The notes under the pieces were generated by a model. The model was not told the origin of the DNA and made no database searches. It worked only from the letters and a program-made list of their open reading frames with translations. Position numbers and translations under genes: made by a program. A DNA stretch of 63,341 bases, filler included, from Octopus bimaculoides (lineage: Eukaryota), in NCBI RefSeq assembly GCF_001194135.2. It is 6 parts of 6 records of this genome, joined end to end, with 100 filler letters (N's around TTAATTAATTAA, not from the genome) between each part and the next. Parts side by side here need not be neighbours in the genome. Positions count along the whole stretch, not along the records: positions 60,945 to 63,341 come from NC_068993.1; 5 more parts are not named here. One strand, 5' to 3'. This document shows, piece after piece, positions 61,690-63,341 of the stretch. Each line of letters opens with the position of its first letter. Within the stretch, counting starts at the first letter, position 1.

Positions 61690-61830
61690 TTTTACTTGTT
61701 TCAATCATTTTCACTGCGGCCATACCGGAGCACCAACTTAAAGGGATTTTTTTTTAGCTGAACAAATCGAGTCCAGGACTTATTCGTTGTAAGCCTAGTA
61801 CTTATTCTATCGGTACTTATTCTATCGGTC
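61690..61830 (-). mobile_element. SINE family A tail with 15-bp internal tandem duplication
   Basis: ACTGCGGCCATACCGGAGCACC.. followed by (TACTTATTCTATCGG)x2. Confidence 0.82.
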
Positions 61831-62304
61831 CCACTTCAACAGGGTATTTTTGTTTGTATTTATATGTGCAGATTTGCATGCTTTCTATAACGTATGTCTT
61901 CTCATGCATATAGTCGCATATCTAGACATGCTCATATATATTTAAATGATAAACTTCTGGAAAATTTTACAGATTTTTACAGTTCCAGTGATGGATTAGA
62001 TCTGTAGTCTTCGAATCGGCTTTTTCCTTTCTGGTTTTGAGAAGCTTAATTTCTCAACATTTGTATTTAGGCAGTGTATTACATACCCTAGTGCTCTAAT
62101 AATTACAAGTATAGACCTGAAATGTTAATCTGGATGGAGTAGTATGTATGCATGCGTGTGTGTTTGTGCGTTTGTGTAATTGTGGAGATCAAATCGCTGA
62201 TGAGTGATGAGTTCCAGTCACTTTCATTTTCACAATAAATTTTACTCTACTCAGTGGAGTTGTATAATCCAAGAAGGTGAAATAAAGTGATGTTAGACGG
62301 CGGA

Positions 62305-62390
62305 AAACAAGATGGTGGTACAGAAGTTGCTGGGAAGAACGAAAATGGCTGACGGAAGTACAAAACGAAAGGTTTCCTTTTTTAAGTGAG
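62305..62390 (+). promoter_or_regulatory. Candidate TSS-proximal motif cluster (YY1-like plus ETS-like)
   Basis: CAAGATGGTGG (62308), AAAATGGCT (62342) and CGGAAGT (62353) lie in non-repetitive, GC-richer DNA. Motif evidence only. Confidence 0.25.
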
Positions 62391-62590
62391 AAATGGAGAT
62401 GTGGAGGAGGGAATTAACGTAAGCAAGGCGGCCTATGCTCGTCTTTAGTGGAGCGGTCAAGCTTCTGAAGTGTTGGGTGGAGAGGGAGAGGGAGGTGGGG
62501 CAGTCAAACGTGCAAATGACAACAAAGAATGCAAAAGGCTGGAAGAGTTTCTGTACGGAAATGTCAGTAAGTGTATGTCTGTACGTGAGT

Positions 62591-62622
<32 letters not shown>

Positions 62623-63290
62623 GCATGTGTGTCTGTGTGTGTGTATTTGTGTGTGCGTGAAACAGGGAAAGAGAGAGAGTGTGAAAAGTATGTGTGGATG
62701 TAGGTGTGATCACCTATTTTCCTGTCTACAGGAAAACCGGTAAATATAGTTGTGCGCATATGTAAAGACAGGGAGGACACAGAAAGAAGTCGATCGACAA
62801 ATTGCAAGAAGTGTGAGAATCTTACACAGTTTTGTATAATATGATCTACGAATATCAAAATAATATTAAAAGTACATGAGTGTCCACAATGGTGCCACAA
62901 CAGTACATTTACAACATCTAACGTGTGTAAGCTGTTAGACATTTTGTAGTCGAAGGCGTTATTGCCAATGGTGGTTTTTTAAAAGTACATTAATATTGGT
63001 ACATGGTCTGTCTTACATGCGTTTGATGTTTGGTGGCGTTTCTGCGTATTTGTGTTTGGAGTGCAAGTGTTTGAGTGCATCTGTGGAATCTGGAGCGTGA
63101 ACTACTTTCTTATTGGTTGTTCGTGTCAATGAGTATACAAATGTACACACACAGGCACACTCAGACATACATACAAACACATGCACATATATAAACATAC
63201 ATGCACATTCATATATGTGTTTGAGTTTTTGTGCGTGTATGCGTTTGTATGTGTACATATGCACACATATACATACGTATGCGTGCATAT

Positions 63291-63341
<51 letters not shown>

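Overview
This is AT-rich, microsatellite-saturated eukaryotic DNA with many N-gaps (up to 1000 nt). It also has five 100-nt scaffolding gaps carrying an artificial TTAATTAATTAA linker. The repeat landscape points to an octopus (coleoid cephalopod) draft assembly; that is inference from recognised repeat families, not a search result. No intact host gene can be supported, and almost all long ORFs in the track are microsatellite or N read-through artefacts. The window is a transposon graveyard. It holds at least seven Penelope-like (PLE) fragments (RT with YRDD, GIY-YIG endonuclease), five mariner copies, one Tc1/maT-like piece and a CGGBP1-like hAT transposase relic. It also holds RTE, CR1/jockey-like and R4/Dong-like LINE fragments and about 20 copies of three or more tRNA-derived SINE families. 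The most interesting unannotated signal is a set of type I hammerhead ribozyme motifs: five fold well (15537-15625, 18751-18819, 26899-26956, 49641-49730, 50983-51028) and several are decayed. They come from different sequence families, have palindromic stem III, and one is fused to a tRNA-like Pol III head (39561-39699). Other notable structures are an inverted-pLTR Penelope copy, a PLE with a poly-Asn microsatellite linker, interleaved inverted repeats, several hairpin or MITE-like elements and nested insertions into SINE microsatellites. All alignments and folds were done by eye and coordinates of degenerate elements are approximate.
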